A stretch of DNA of 64,000 nt from Akkermansiaceae bacterium (lineage in GTDB: Bacteria > Verrucomicrobiota > Verrucomicrobiia > Verrucomicrobiales > Akkermansiaceae), in the NCBI GenBank assembly GCA_031374665.1, contig JANMGO010000038.1, positions 330 through 64,329 of the forward strand, given 5' to 3'. Position numbers and translations under genes: made by a program. Within the stretch, counting starts at the first letter, position 1. Every line of letters begins with the position of its first letter. Under the pieces are notes generated by a model. The model was not told where the DNA came from. It did no database searches and saw only the letters and a program-made list of their open reading frames with translations. Below are positions 28,437-35,478 of this stretch, piece after piece.

Positions 28437-29888
28437 CTACAACAACTTTGCCCGTAACAAGTCGGTGACTTGTTTGGGGTTGGGTTTGGTGGGGGAGGAT
28501 TTCATGACTTGGCCGGTTAGGAAGTTGAGGAGTTTTTCGTTGCCGGCTTTGATGGCTTCGACTTCGGCGGGGTTGGCGGCGATGGCGGCGTCGATGAGGG
28601 CTTCGAGGTCGCCGGAGGAGGTGGGTTTGAAACCTAGGTCGTCGGCGATGGATTGCGGGGCTTTTTCCGGTGAGGTGAAGAGGACGGCAAAAACTTCTTT
28701 GGCTTGGTTCGGAGCGAGGGTTCCGTTTTCGACGAGGGTGAGTAGGTCGCGGAGTTTCTCTGGAGTGACCGGGCAATCGGAAATGGTTAGAGATTGCTCG
28801 TTGAGGGTGCCGAGGAGGTTGTTGATGAGGAAGTTTGCGGTTTTCTTGGCAGGGATGGATGGGTGATTGGTGGCCTCAAAATATTCCGCGAGGTGGCGAT
28901 CCGCGGTGAGCACGGCAGCATCGTAGGCGGTGAGGCTGAAGTCGGTTTCGTAGCGGGCGATTTTTGTTAGGCGCGGCTCGGGGACGAGGGGTTTGACGGT
29001 TTCTAACAACGGAGCGGTGGCTATGGGGAGGAGATCGGGGCAGGGGAAGTAGCGGTAGTCGTGGGCATCTTCTTTGGTCCGCATGAGTTGGGTTTCGCCG
29101 AGGTCGTCGTTCCAGCGGCGGGTCGATTGGATTTGGGGAATGCCCATGCCGAGTTCTTCGGTTTGGCGCTCGATTTCGAAATAGATCGCGCGGCGGATGG
29201 CGGAGAAGGAGTTGAGGTTTTTCAACTCCACTTTCGCGCCGAGCGGATCGGATGCTTTTTCGCGCAGAGAGATATTTACGTCGCAGCGGAGATTGCCTTT
29301 TTCGAGGTCGGCATTTGAGGAAGCGCATTCGATAAGGATGAGCTGGAGCGAGCGGAGGTAAGCGACGGCTTCTTCGGCGGATTCGAGATCTGGCTCGGTG
29401 ACGATTTCCATGAGCGGAGTTCCGGCGCGATTGAAATCGATGAGTGAGGTGGTGGCGAGGTGAGTGGATTTCGCGACGTCTTCTTCAAGGTGGATGCGGT
29501 TGAGGCGGACGATCTTGTTAGGGGTCTTGATGTTTTTCCGTGCATCGGTCGGATAGCAATCGTCGAACAGAGGCACGCCGCCGCCAATGCAGAGGGGGAA
29601 ATCCATCTGGGTGGTCTGGTAGTTTTTCGGCATGTCCGGGTAGAAATAGTTTTTCCTGTCCCAGCGGGAAAACTCCGGTGAACCGCAACCGAGCGCGAGG
29701 CCAGTGAGAAGGGTTTTCTCGATGGCGAGTTTGTTCAGAACTGGAAGCGCGCCAGGGTAACCGAGGCAGACGGGGCAGGTGTTGGTGTTCGGGTCATCGC
29801 CAAAAGAAGTGCGGCAGGCACAGAACATTTTGGTGTCGGTGTTAACTTGGGCGTGGACTTCAAGGCCGATGGTGACGAGGTAGGACAT
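28437..29888 (-). CDS. gatB: Asp-tRNA(Asn)/Glu-tRNA(Gln) amidotransferase subunit B
   Basis: It has MSYLVTIGLEVHAQVNTDTKMFCAC, PVCLGYPGALP and a C-terminal YqeY/GatB-like tail. Length 483 aa. Confidence 0.95.
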   Translation of the reverse strand: MSYLVTIGLEVHAQVNTDTKMFCACRTSFGDDPNTNTCPVCLGYPGALPVLNKLAIEKTLLTGLALGCGSPEFSRWDRKNYFYPDMPKNYQTTQMDFPLCIGGGVPLFDDCYPTDARKNIKTPNKIVRLNRIHLEEDVAKSTHLATTSLIDFNRAGTPLMEIVTEPDLESAEEAVAYLRSLQLILIECASSNADLEKGNLRCDVNISLREKASDPLGAKVELKNLNSFSAIRRAIYFEIERQTEELGMGIPQIQSTRRWNDDLGETQLMRTKEDAHDYRYFPCPDLLPIATAPLLETVKPLVPEPRLTKIARYETDFSLTAYDAAVLTADRHLAEYFEATNHPSIPAKKTANFLINNLLGTLNEQSLTISDCPVTPEKLRDLLTLVENGTLAPNQAKEVFAVLFTSPEKAPQSIADDLGFKPTSSGDLEALIDAAIAANPAEVEAIKAGNEKLLNFLTGQVMKSSPTKPNPKQVTDLLRAKLL

Positions 29889-29895
29889 GGGAGAA

Positions 29896-29937
29896 AGTGA
29901 GAAGTGCCGAGTGATCAGTGATCAGTGATCAGTGGGA
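29896..29937 (-). repeat. Heptamer-periodic array (NNNCACT)x6 on the gatB-sense strand, directly upstream of the gatB start. It includes (GTGATCA)x3 with three GATC sites
   Basis: The plus strand reads AGTGAGA AGTGCCG AGTGATC AGTGATC AGTGATC AGTGGGA. In gatB orientation this is TCCCACT GATCACT GATCACT GATCACT CGGCACT TCTCACT TTCTCCC-ATG. Confidence 0.85.
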
Positions 29938-29942
29938 AGACT

Positions 29943-30046
29943 GGGGTTGTGGGAAGAGGTTCACCGCGGAGGCGCAGAGGACGCGGAGGGACGCGGAGGA
30001 AGACATGGGTTGTGGGAAGAAAGTTACCTCTGCGCCTCTGCGGTGA
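29943..30046. repeat. Composite direct and inverted repeat element between hom and gatB
   Basis: The direct repeat is GGGGTTGTGGGAAGAGGTTCACC (29943-65) / TGGGTTGTGGGAAGAAAGTTACC (30006-28). The inverted repeat is TCACCGCGGAGGCGCAGAGG (29961-80) / CCTCTGCGCCTCTGCGGTGA (30027-46), with 19 of 20 positions complementary. The spacer holds GCRGAGG units at 8-10-nt spacing. Confidence 0.8.
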
Positions 30047-30052
30047 AAATCT

Positions 30053-31378
30053 TCATCCTAAATTTTCAATACGGAAGACGACTGGTGTTGAGTTGATGCA
30101 GTTCAGGGTTTCGATTTCTGTTAGGGCGGTGGTGAGTTTTCCGAAGGGGCAGGAATGGAGGAGGAAAACCATATCGACGAATTCGGCGTCGGGGTTCGAG
30201 GCGTCTACGGGGGAGTGAGTTCCGGAGATGCCGATTTTGTGTTTGGCGATCACCGTGGCGATTTCAGCGACGACACCGGGTCGGTCTGTGACGTCGAAGC
30301 GGACGTAGTAGGCGGTGGAGGTTTCTTCGATGGGAACGAGTGTTCCGGTTTCGCGATAAGGTAAGAATCCGCGATGGCGGGCGGTGTGGGCGAGGTCGCG
30401 GGCGGCTTCGACGAGGTCGGCGATGACGGAAGAGGCGGTTGGGCCTTGGCCGGCGCCGCGGCCGTAGAAGAGCGATTCGCCTGCGGCATCGGCATTGACC
30501 GAGACGGCGTTGAACACGCCGTTGACGGAGGCGAGGATATGTTTCTGGGAAATGAATGATGGCTGAACGCGGAGTTCGACCGAGCCGCCATCGCGTTCAC
30601 GGATGACTGCGAGGAGCTTGATGACGTAGCCAAGAGATTTTGCGAAACGGATATCGGTGGGGCGAACTTGTTCGATACCGGTGACGTAGACGGTTTTGGG
30701 ATCGATGGGGAAACCGTAGGCGAGAGTGGCGAGGAGGATGGCCTTGTGAGCAGCATCCCAGCCATTGACGTCGAGTGCGGGATCGGCTTCTGCGTAACCG
30801 AGTGCTTGGGCTTCTTGGAGAGCGGTTGCGTAGTCGATGCCGCGCAGGGTCATTTGCTCGAGGATGTAGTTCGAGGTGCCGTTGATGATGCCGGTGAAGG
30901 AATGGATCTGGTTGCCGATGAAGGAGTCCTGAACGGTTTTGACGATGGGGATTCCACCAGCGATGGCGGCCTCAAAGAAGATGGGGGTCTCCATTTTCCG
31001 AGAAATGGCGAAGAGCTCGATGCCGCGCTCGGCGAGCAGGGCTTTGTTGCCAGTGACGACAGGTTTTTTTGCGAGCAATGCGGCGGCGACGATGTCGAAA
31101 GCATCCGTGGTGCCACCGATCAGTTCCACGACGATGTCGACTGCGGGGTCGTTGACGAGCGCGTGCCAATCGGTGGTGAGGATTTCGGAAGGAACGGCGG
31201 AGGTGGTGGCGCGGGTCTTTTTCAGGTCACGGACGAGGATTTTGGTGATGGCGAGGGAAACGCCTTTACCGGTGCGGTCAGAGATGAGATCGCCGTTTTT
31301 CGCCAGGGTATTCCATACGCCGGACCCAACGGTGCCGAAGCCCGCCAAGCCGATTCCTAATTTATTGCAGTTGCTCAC
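30053..31378 (-). CDS. hom: Homoserine dehydrogenase (with C-terminal ACT domain)
   Basis: GTG start. It has a Rossmann motif (GIGLAGFGTVGSGV) and the central catalytic region (GIINGTSNYIL...A...GYAEADP). The ACT-like C-terminus is YYVRFDVTDRPGVVAEI. Confidence 0.9.
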   Translation of the reverse strand: MSNCNKLGIGLAGFGTVGSGVWNTLAKNGDLISDRTGKGVSLAITKILVRDLKKTRATTSAVPSEILTTDWHALVNDPAVDIVVELIGGTTDAFDIVAAALLAKKPVVTGNKALLAERGIELFAISRKMETPIFFEAAIAGGIPIVKTVQDSFIGNQIHSFTGIINGTSNYILEQMTLRGIDYATALQEAQALGYAEADPALDVNGWDAAHKAILLATLAYGFPIDPKTVYVTGIEQVRPTDIRFAKSLGYVIKLLAVIRERDGGSVELRVQPSFISQKHILASVNGVFNAVSVNADAAGESLFYGRGAGQGPTASSVIADLVEAARDLAHTARHRGFLPYRETGTLVPIEETSTAYYVRFDVTDRPGVVAEIATVIAKHKIGISGTHSPVDASNPDAEFVDMVFLLHSCPFGKLTTALTEIETLNCINSTPVVFRIENLG

Positions 31379-31403
31379 GCAGCGAGGCTAGGGGGAGTGA
31401 GAG

Positions 31404-31483
31404 AAATCTCAAACTTCAAATTTTGGGAATGTGGGAAGCGGAATTCGAACCGCGGACGGACGTAGATGGACGCGGATGAAGAG
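31404..31483. repeat. Periodic intergenic repeats upstream of hom: a 7-nt-periodic A/T-rich array followed by a GTGGGAAG...CCGCGGA element with a 10-nt-periodic tail
   Basis: AAATCTC AAACTTC AAATTTT GGGAATG TGGGAAG, then CGGAATTCGAAC-CGCGGACGGA CGTAGATGGA CGCGGATGAA GAG. It is related to 29950-30003 (GTGGGAAGAGGTTCACCGCGGAGGCGCAGAGGACGCGGAGG...). Confidence 0.7.
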
Positions 31484-31498
31484 ATTTGGAGTGAAATT

Positions 31499-31918
31499 TC
31501 ATGGGCTGACAATTTCAGGGTCGCCTGGTCGGTGAAAGGCGAGGAAGTCTGTGAGGTTTAGTGTGTAGAAACGTTTCGCCCCTGATTTTCGCGCGGAGAA
31601 GAGATGGAGGTAGTCGTAAATAGCACCGCCTCGTATTCCTCGACTTTCTGCTTCACCGAATGCTTGAAGAAGTTCATCTGCATCTAGTTGGATGGCTAGA
31701 AGTTTTGGGGCTATCTGCTCACGAAGTATTTGAGCTGCATCTGAGGCTGGAACCCTGAAGCCTAAACGCCCACCCGTCAGGGTGCTGAATGTTTCTGTGA
31801 AAGTATGCGCAAACACATGACTTTTACTGGATAGCAAAACCTTCTGACAAGCGGCGTGATGATCATCCTCCGCGCAAAGAGCGGAGACGAGAACTGAGGA
31901 ATCCAGAGCGGTTTTCAT
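31499..31918 (-). CDS. vapC: PIN-domain toxin, VapC family
   Basis: 139 aa. The N-terminal MKTALDSSVLVSAL carries the first PIN acidic residue. It has further conserved acidic positions. A 4-nt ATGA overlap joins it to the upstream antitoxin gene. Confidence 0.75.
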   Translation of the reverse strand: MKTALDSSVLVSALCAEDDHHAACQKVLLSSKSHVFAHTFTETFSTLTGGRLGFRVPASDAAQILREQIAPKLLAIQLDADELLQAFGEAESRGIRGGAIYDYLHLFSARKSGAKRFYTLNLTDFLAFHRPGDPEIVSP

Positions 31919-32196
31919 TTCCGTTTTGAGGTGGAAACGATCTTTTCCTCACGCGCATCGCGATCTGCTTTGATGGCTTGAACGATGCTGCCTCGTTTGA
32001 GGGATTGACCGCTTGAGATGACTGGAAGGCCATTTTTCATTTCGATTTTTATCGGATCGGGCTCCGGCGCAACTTGGAGTTTGCCTCCTTGGATTTCGAG
32101 TTTCAGGCGACTTCCTTCGTGCAGCCCGAGGTTATCGCGTATGGCTTTGGGGACGACTAGCCGTCCCGATTTTCCAAGTTGGATGGTAATGCTCAT
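31915..32196 (-). CDS. vapB: AbrB/SpoVT/MazE-type antitoxin, VapB-like
   Basis: I place the start at the internal Met (ATG at 32196). MSITIQLGKSGRLVVPKAIRDNLGLHEGSRLKLEIQGG is the swapped-hairpin SpoVT/AbrB motif. Length 93 aa. The longer 180-aa ORF upstream overlaps the pseudouridine synthase gene and is rejected. Confidence 0.75.
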   Translation of the reverse strand: MSITIQLGKSGRLVVPKAIRDNLGLHEGSRLKLEIQGGKLQVAPEPDPIKIEMKNGLPVISSGQSLKRGSIVQAIKADRDAREEKIVSTSKRK

Positions 32197-32215
32197 GCCA
32201 ATTAAAATGCCATTT

Positions 32216-32902
32216 CTATTGGCAATGGCAAGGTAAAAGATCGATGTTCCTCCACTCTCCTGCTTGGAGATTTTCGAGACGGTAAGGGCCGATGGATTCG
32301 CGGTGGAGCTGGGTGACGCGGATGCCGAAGCGGAGGAACATCCTTTTGATTTGGTGGTGCAGGCCTTCATGAATGGTGAGGCGGCAGGAGGTTTCTGATA
32401 AAAGCTCGACGATGGCTGGCGCGGAGCGGGTGTTTTCTTTTTCGAACGACATCCCATCGCGGAATTGTTGGAGGACGTTTTCGGGGATGGGTTGGTCGGT
32501 GTGGACGAGGTAGGTTTTCGGGACGTGATTTTCGGGGGAGGTGAGGGATTCCGAGAAACAGGAATCGTTGGTGAGGATGACGAGCCCGGAGGTGGCGCGG
32601 TCGAGTCGGCCGGCTAGGTGAAGATCGGTTGCCCATGGTTCGTTGATCAGATCGATGACCGTGCGATGGGTTTTATCGGTGGTGGCGGAAAGGATGCCGA
32701 TGGGTTTGTGAAGGATGATGTAGCGCGCGGTGTTAGACTGGAATATTTCTCCGTTAACTGTTAGATGATCAAATTTTCCGAGCGGGATATTTCCATCGCT
32801 GATGACTTGGTGGTTTAGGAAAGTCTCTCCGGCTTCGAGAATTTTTTTGGCATGACGTTTCCCAAGGCCGCTGCGCTTGGCGATGAATTGGGTAACGGTC
32901 AT
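32216..32902 (-). CDS. rRNA pseudouridine synthase, RsuA/RluB/RluF family (S4 domain plus PseudoU_synth_2)
   Basis: It has an N-terminal S4-like region, the catalytic-Asp block HLAGRLDRATSGLVILTND, and a C-terminal HHQIKRMF. Confidence 0.85.
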   Translation of the reverse strand: MTVTQFIAKRSGLGKRHAKKILEAGETFLNHQVISDGNIPLGKFDHLTVNGEIFQSNTARYIILHKPIGILSATTDKTHRTVIDLINEPWATDLHLAGRLDRATSGLVILTNDSCFSESLTSPENHVPKTYLVHTDQPIPENVLQQFRDGMSFEKENTRSAPAIVELLSETSCRLTIHEGLHHQIKRMFLRFGIRVTQLHRESIGPYRLENLQAGEWRNIDLLPCHCQ

Positions 32903-32913
32903 GGTGATAAAAC

Positions 32914-32941
32914 GTTAAATCCTAAATTCTAAACCTCAATG
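32914..32941. repeat. 7-nt-periodic A/T-rich array (NNNTAAA-type) just upstream of the pseudouridine synthase start
   Basis: GTTAAAT CCTAAAT TCTAAAC CTCAATG. It is of the same type as 31404-31424 and 57491-57518. Confidence 0.6.
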
Positions 32942-33028
32942 CAGACATATCTTGAGTCTCTGTCTCGAACGGAATTGGAAAAAACAGGCTCGGCAAAGTC
33001 ATCCCGTGCGTGAACGCCAAGTTCATCA

Positions 33029-33262
33029 TTACCCTTTCAATGCAGGCTTACGCAAGTCGTTCAGAGTTGATGCGAGATGCTCCAGCCCTTTCACCTGTAT
33101 TGCGCCGATGCTTTCTAGAATCTCATGGTAGTCCGCCATGGCGCGTCCGCCGACGATGATTGCAATATCCGACGGCAGCAATTCGCGCAGACATTTCAAT
33201 TCGTCTACGATCTGAGGGTCGTAACTAGGGTAAACTAAACTCAAGGCCACGACGCGGGCTTT
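33029..33262 (-). pseudogene. 5'-truncated fragment of a cobalamin (B12)-binding-domain protein
   Basis: Only the distal half of a B12-binding Rossmann-like domain is recognisable (ARVVALSLVYPSYDPQIVDELKCLRELLPSDIAIIVGGRAMADYHE...). The DxHxxG half is absent. Upstream of ~33262 the frame is merely antisense to the adhesin fragment. Confidence 0.6.
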
Positions 33263-33265
33263 TGT

Positions 33266-33883
33266 TTGACGGGCTGCACCGGCGCAACTACGGTCAGTGG
33301 CGGCACGCTTGTGATCAACGGTAATCAAACCGCCGCCACGGGAGTGACAACGGTATCCGGCACAGGTAGCCGTTTGGGAGGTAGTGGTACCTTGGGCGGC
33401 GATCTTATCATCGAGACCGGAGCGATCCACGCTGTCGGCAACAGCCCAGGCCTACAGACGATTAATGGAGCGACTACATACAACACAGGCTCGATCTTCG
33501 AGTGGGATATAGCTGCCAACGTAGCTACTGCCGGCGGTACACGCGGCACCGATTACGATGCTGTAAATATTAACGGAGCGCTCACGGTGCAGAGTGGGGT
33601 AATCTTCAAGGTGATCGAGAATGCAGGAGTCGATTTCACTGGTGCATTCTGGGATGCGAACCGGACATGGACTGATATTTTCAGCGTCACCGGCCTCGTG
33701 ACCGGTTGGGCGTCTAATACGGCGGTGGATATTTACAATACCTCTGGCACTTTGCAGGACTACGCGGTCCAAGGTTCCTTTACTATTACTGGCAGTACCT
33801 TGAGTTGGAGTGTTATCCCTGAGCCAAGCACCGCACTTGCTGGGTTGTTGCTCGCCGCTGGACTCCTGCGCCGACGCCGCTAA
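33266..33883 (+). pseudogene. 5'-truncated autotransporter-repeat / PEP-CTERM protein fragment (paralogue of the 3' end of 1-2356)
   Basis: It starts at a TTG with no signal peptide. The sequence SGGTLVINGN...VSGTGSRLGGSGTLGG...GNSPG...YDAVNINGAL...VIPEPSTALAGLLLAAGLLRRRR parallels the last ~200 aa of the first gene. In-frame homology begins within a few nt of the B12-fragment breakpoint. Confidence 0.6.
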
Positions 33884-33941
33884 AGCTATGACGGCCAAGG
33901 CCGCCGCCGCCCTGCTGCATCGGTGTAGATGGTTTGATGAG

Positions 33942-34076
33942 GGTAGGGTCAAGTGGCCTCGCTTGACCGTAATTAGGCGCAGCCGCGCGAAGCGGGATCG
34001 CATTCGATTTTTTATTGGAGGATCATGTTCTCTCTCATTCCATGCGGCGCTCTCCCCCGATAAAATCGGGGCTACC
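33942..34076. repeat. ~135-bp intergenic element with inverted termini (copy 2), MITE-like or structured RNA
   Basis: It has GGTAG...CTACC termini. Terminal hairpins are GGTCAAG-tggcctcg-CTTGACC (33947-68) and CCCCGAT-aaa-ATCGGGG (34055-71). The internal blocks CCGCGCGAAGCG, ATTCGAT and CTCATTCCATGCGGCGCTCTC are shared with 27608-27724. Confidence 0.7.
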
Positions 34077-34143
34077 TAGGCTTTTCGTAAATCGGTTGAA
34101 CTCGGCACTTTTCATCTTGTGGAGGTGAGATGAGGATAGCGGC

Positions 34144-34896
34144 ATGAAGTTGGCGCGTATGGGGGATGGGGCGGAGATTTTTTTCACCTTGCAAGGGGAG
34201 GGGGTGAACGTTGGTGCGCCGGCGGTTTTTGTTAGATTATCGCTTTGTAACTTGCATTGCGTTTGGTGCGATACGGATCACACGTGGAATTTTGTGGGGA
34301 CGCCATGGGCGCATGAAAAGGATGCTCAGCCGGGTTATCAAAAGCATTGCAAAGAAGATGCGATCATCGAAATGGGTGCGGCGGAGATCGCGGCGGAGGT
34401 AAGGAAATATAGATGTCGGCACGTGGTGCTGACGGGTGGTGAGCCGTTGTTGCAGGAGGAGGGATTGGTGGAGTTGATCACTGAGCTCCGAGCGGATGGT
34501 GAAGATTGGTTTTTTGAAATGGAAACGAATGGCACGCGTCTGCCGGGGGATACGCTGATGGCTGCGGTGGGGCAGTTCAATGTTTCGCCGAAGTTGGGGA
34601 ACAGCGGGGTGGCGGCAAATTTAAGAGAAAAGCCGGAGGTGATCCGTGGGTTAGTGGAAAGTGGCAAAGCGTGGTTTAAATTTGTGGTCGAGAAAGAGAG
34701 CGATTTGGCTGAGGTGATGGCCTTGGTGGAGCGGTCTCAGATTCCGATGAATCGGGTGATTTTGATGCCTGAGGGGCGGAATGTGGCGGAGATCGACAAG
34801 GTCGCTCCGTGGTTGGCGGAAAAGTGCAGGGATTTAGGCGTGAGGTTTTCGGATCGGCTGCATGTGCGGCTGTGGGGAGATAAGCGAGGAGTTTAG
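34144..34896 (+). CDS. queE: 7-carboxy-7-deazaguanine synthase (radical SAM)
   Basis: It has FFTLQGEG, the CNLHCVWCDT radical-SAM cluster motif and VVLTGGEPL. Length 250 aa. Confidence 0.9.
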   Translation: MKLARMGDGAEIFFTLQGEGVNVGAPAVFVRLSLCNLHCVWCDTDHTWNFVGTPWAHEKDAQPGYQKHCKEDAIIEMGAAEIAAEVRKYRCRHVVLTGGEPLLQEEGLVELITELRADGEDWFFEMETNGTRLPGDTLMAAVGQFNVSPKLGNSGVAANLREKPEVIRGLVESGKAWFKFVVEKESDLAEVMALVERSQIPMNRVILMPEGRNVAEIDKVAPWLAEKCRDLGVRFSDRLHVRLWGDKRGV

Positions 34897-34900
34897 GGAT

Positions 34901-34941
34901 AGTGCCGAGTGATCAGTGGGAGAGCGCGACTGGAGTCGCGC
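34901..34941. repeat. Third copy of the AGTGCCG-AGTGATC-AGTGGGA heptamer array, followed by a GC hairpin, just after the queE stop
   Basis: AGTGCCG AGTGATC AGTGGGA (34901-21), then GCGCGAC-tgga-GTCGCGC (34924-41). The orientation is opposite to the flanking plus-strand genes. Confidence 0.75.
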
Positions 34942-35018
34942 GGTCCACGGGGGTGGCGCCGTCCTTTTAGGAAAATACTTGCGAAACTTTTGTTTGGAGA
35001 GAGGGTTTCAAGGCAGTG

Positions 35019-35402
35019 ATGAACGATAGCAAGCACAACGACGAGTGGAGTGAAGGCGACGAGACCTGGCAGTTGCTGGGGAAGGCGGTGCCTAAGCAAG
35101 CGAGTGGTCGTTTCGCTGACGATGTGGTGCGAGCGGTGCGTTTGTTGCCAGAAGCTGATCCGGTTTGGCCTCGAATTTTGAAATTTTCTCGTTGGTCGCT
35201 GGTTGCGGCCTGTGTGGTTTTGGCGGTTTCGATTTTCATGGATCCGCTTGAAACAGGCCCTGTGAAAGCACCATTCGTCGCTGATCACGAGGCTCAGTGG
35301 GAGAAGATCGAAGATGTGGCACAGGCTGAGTTATTGGCCGCCGCGGCTGAGCATTTGGATGAATTCAGCGATCAAGATCTGGTCACGATGATTGGTTTTT
35401 GA
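35019..35402 (+). CDS. Hypothetical single-pass membrane protein (anti-sigma-like topology)
   Basis: ATG at 35019, with GTG 35016 also possible. It has a soluble N-terminus, one TM (WSLVAACVVLAVSIF) and an acidic C-terminus. I recognise no motif. Confidence 0.45.
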   Translation: MNDSKHNDEWSEGDETWQLLGKAVPKQASGRFADDVVRAVRLLPEADPVWPRILKFSRWSLVAACVVLAVSIFMDPLETGPVKAPFVADHEAQWEKIEDVAQAELLAAAAEHLDEFSDQDLVTMIGF

Positions 35403-35478
35403 GGCCGATCTTAAGGGGGTGTGAGAAAGCGGGTTGCAAAATGGTGGGGAACGAGACTAGAGTCGCCCTCTGAAATTA

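Noticed and set aside
28399-29328. Arg/Pro-rich minus-strand ORFs (125 and 150 aa) inside gatB
   Set aside because: They are off-frame translations of the gatB coding region. They are low complexity with no independent support.
29896-30046. Possible CRISPR array or other long tandem array
   Set aside because: The units are 7-10 nt with no unique spacers of 25-40 nt. There are only 3-6 copies and no cas genes in the window.
31915-32457. Long 180-aa version of the antitoxin ORF
   Set aside because: The upstream 87 codons overlap the 3' end of the pseudouridine synthase gene in another frame and encode low-complexity sequence. The SpoVT/AbrB motif begins right at the internal Met (32196).
33029-33430. 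Full 133-aa minus-strand ORF taken as an intact gene
   Set aside because: Its first ~57 codons are simply antisense to the autotransporter-repeat fragment. Only the C-terminal ~77 aa resemble a B12-binding domain, so I treat it as a truncated remnant.
33884-34143. preQ1 riboswitch upstream of queE
   Set aside because: I looked for the preQ1-I/II consensus (short hairpin plus an A-rich tail ending near the SD) and did not find it. The structured sequence present is the repeat element also found at 27608-27724, next to unrelated genes.
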